From the NCBI GenBank assembly GCA_964400545.1, contig CAYNUG010000004.1, positions 1-50,631 on the forward strand: DNA of 50,631 bases, in the 5' to 3' direction. The stretch is from an uncultured Clostridia bacterium (GTDB lineage: Bacteria > Acidobacteriota > Aminicenantia > UBA2199). The position numbers were made by a program, and so were the translations under genes. The notes below the pieces were generated by a model. That model worked only from the letters and a program-made list of their open reading frames with translations. It was not told where the DNA came from and ran no database searches. How positions within the stretch are numbered: position 1 is the stretch's first letter; each line of letters begins with the position of its first letter. This document shows positions 50,547 through 50,631 of this stretch, piece by piece.

Positions 50547-50581
50547 GCTGTGGGCTGAAAGCTGAAGGCTGAGGGTTGAGG
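50547..50581 (+). repeat. Five tandem GCTGA-type heptamers (same family as 43213-43254)
   Basis: gctgtgg gctgaaa gctgaag gctgagg gttgagg. Confidence 0.8.
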
Positions 50582-50631
50582 TCCAGTGAAAAATGATAAA
50601 CATTTTTGCGGTAGCAAAAGTAATCACGACA

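Noticed and set aside
50468-50617. 50-aa N-terminal extension of the DSD1-family ORF (..PSAFSFQPTA..)
   Set aside because: It is the translation of the intergenic heptamer array; family similarity starts at MDITEP (ATG 50467).

Overview
Low-GC (roughly 38-40% by eye), gene-dense chromosomal segment of a diderm bacterium (lpxD present). Gene content and style are compatible with an Acidobacteriota/Aminicenantes-like or deltaproteobacterial anaerobe, but this is inference only. Most of the window is housekeeping: lpxD, a split F0 ATP synthase operon (atpZ-atpI-atpB-atpE), eno, meaB, tatA, lepA, pgi, gdhA, an aminotransferase, a cysteine synthase-family enzyme, an Aas-like acyl ligase and ppiC. 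It also encodes secreted or envelope proteins: a VPS10/BNR propeller, an SBBP/DUF11 surface protein, a PBP-type transpeptidase with a TPR partner, an amidase and a tandem-PDZ protein. The standout is a compact RiPP-like cassette at 21.7-23.4 kb. It has a 97-aa precursor with a YxxP-type leader and six Cx[T/S/A]G repeats, a PqqD/RRE protein and an HPr-kinase-like (ScmC-like) ATPase, each part with recognisable promoters, but no radical SAM enzyme or cyclase anywhere in the window. Other signals: an apparently strongly over-represented TCCGGA palindrome, several leaderless-type promoters, a REP/heptamer repeat patch at 42.9-43.3 kb, a c-subunit with a signal peptide and partial Na+ signature, two-blade periodicity in the SBBP propeller, and a hidden 31-codon membrane ORF. 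I found no rRNA, tRNA, CRISPR array or intact transposase.
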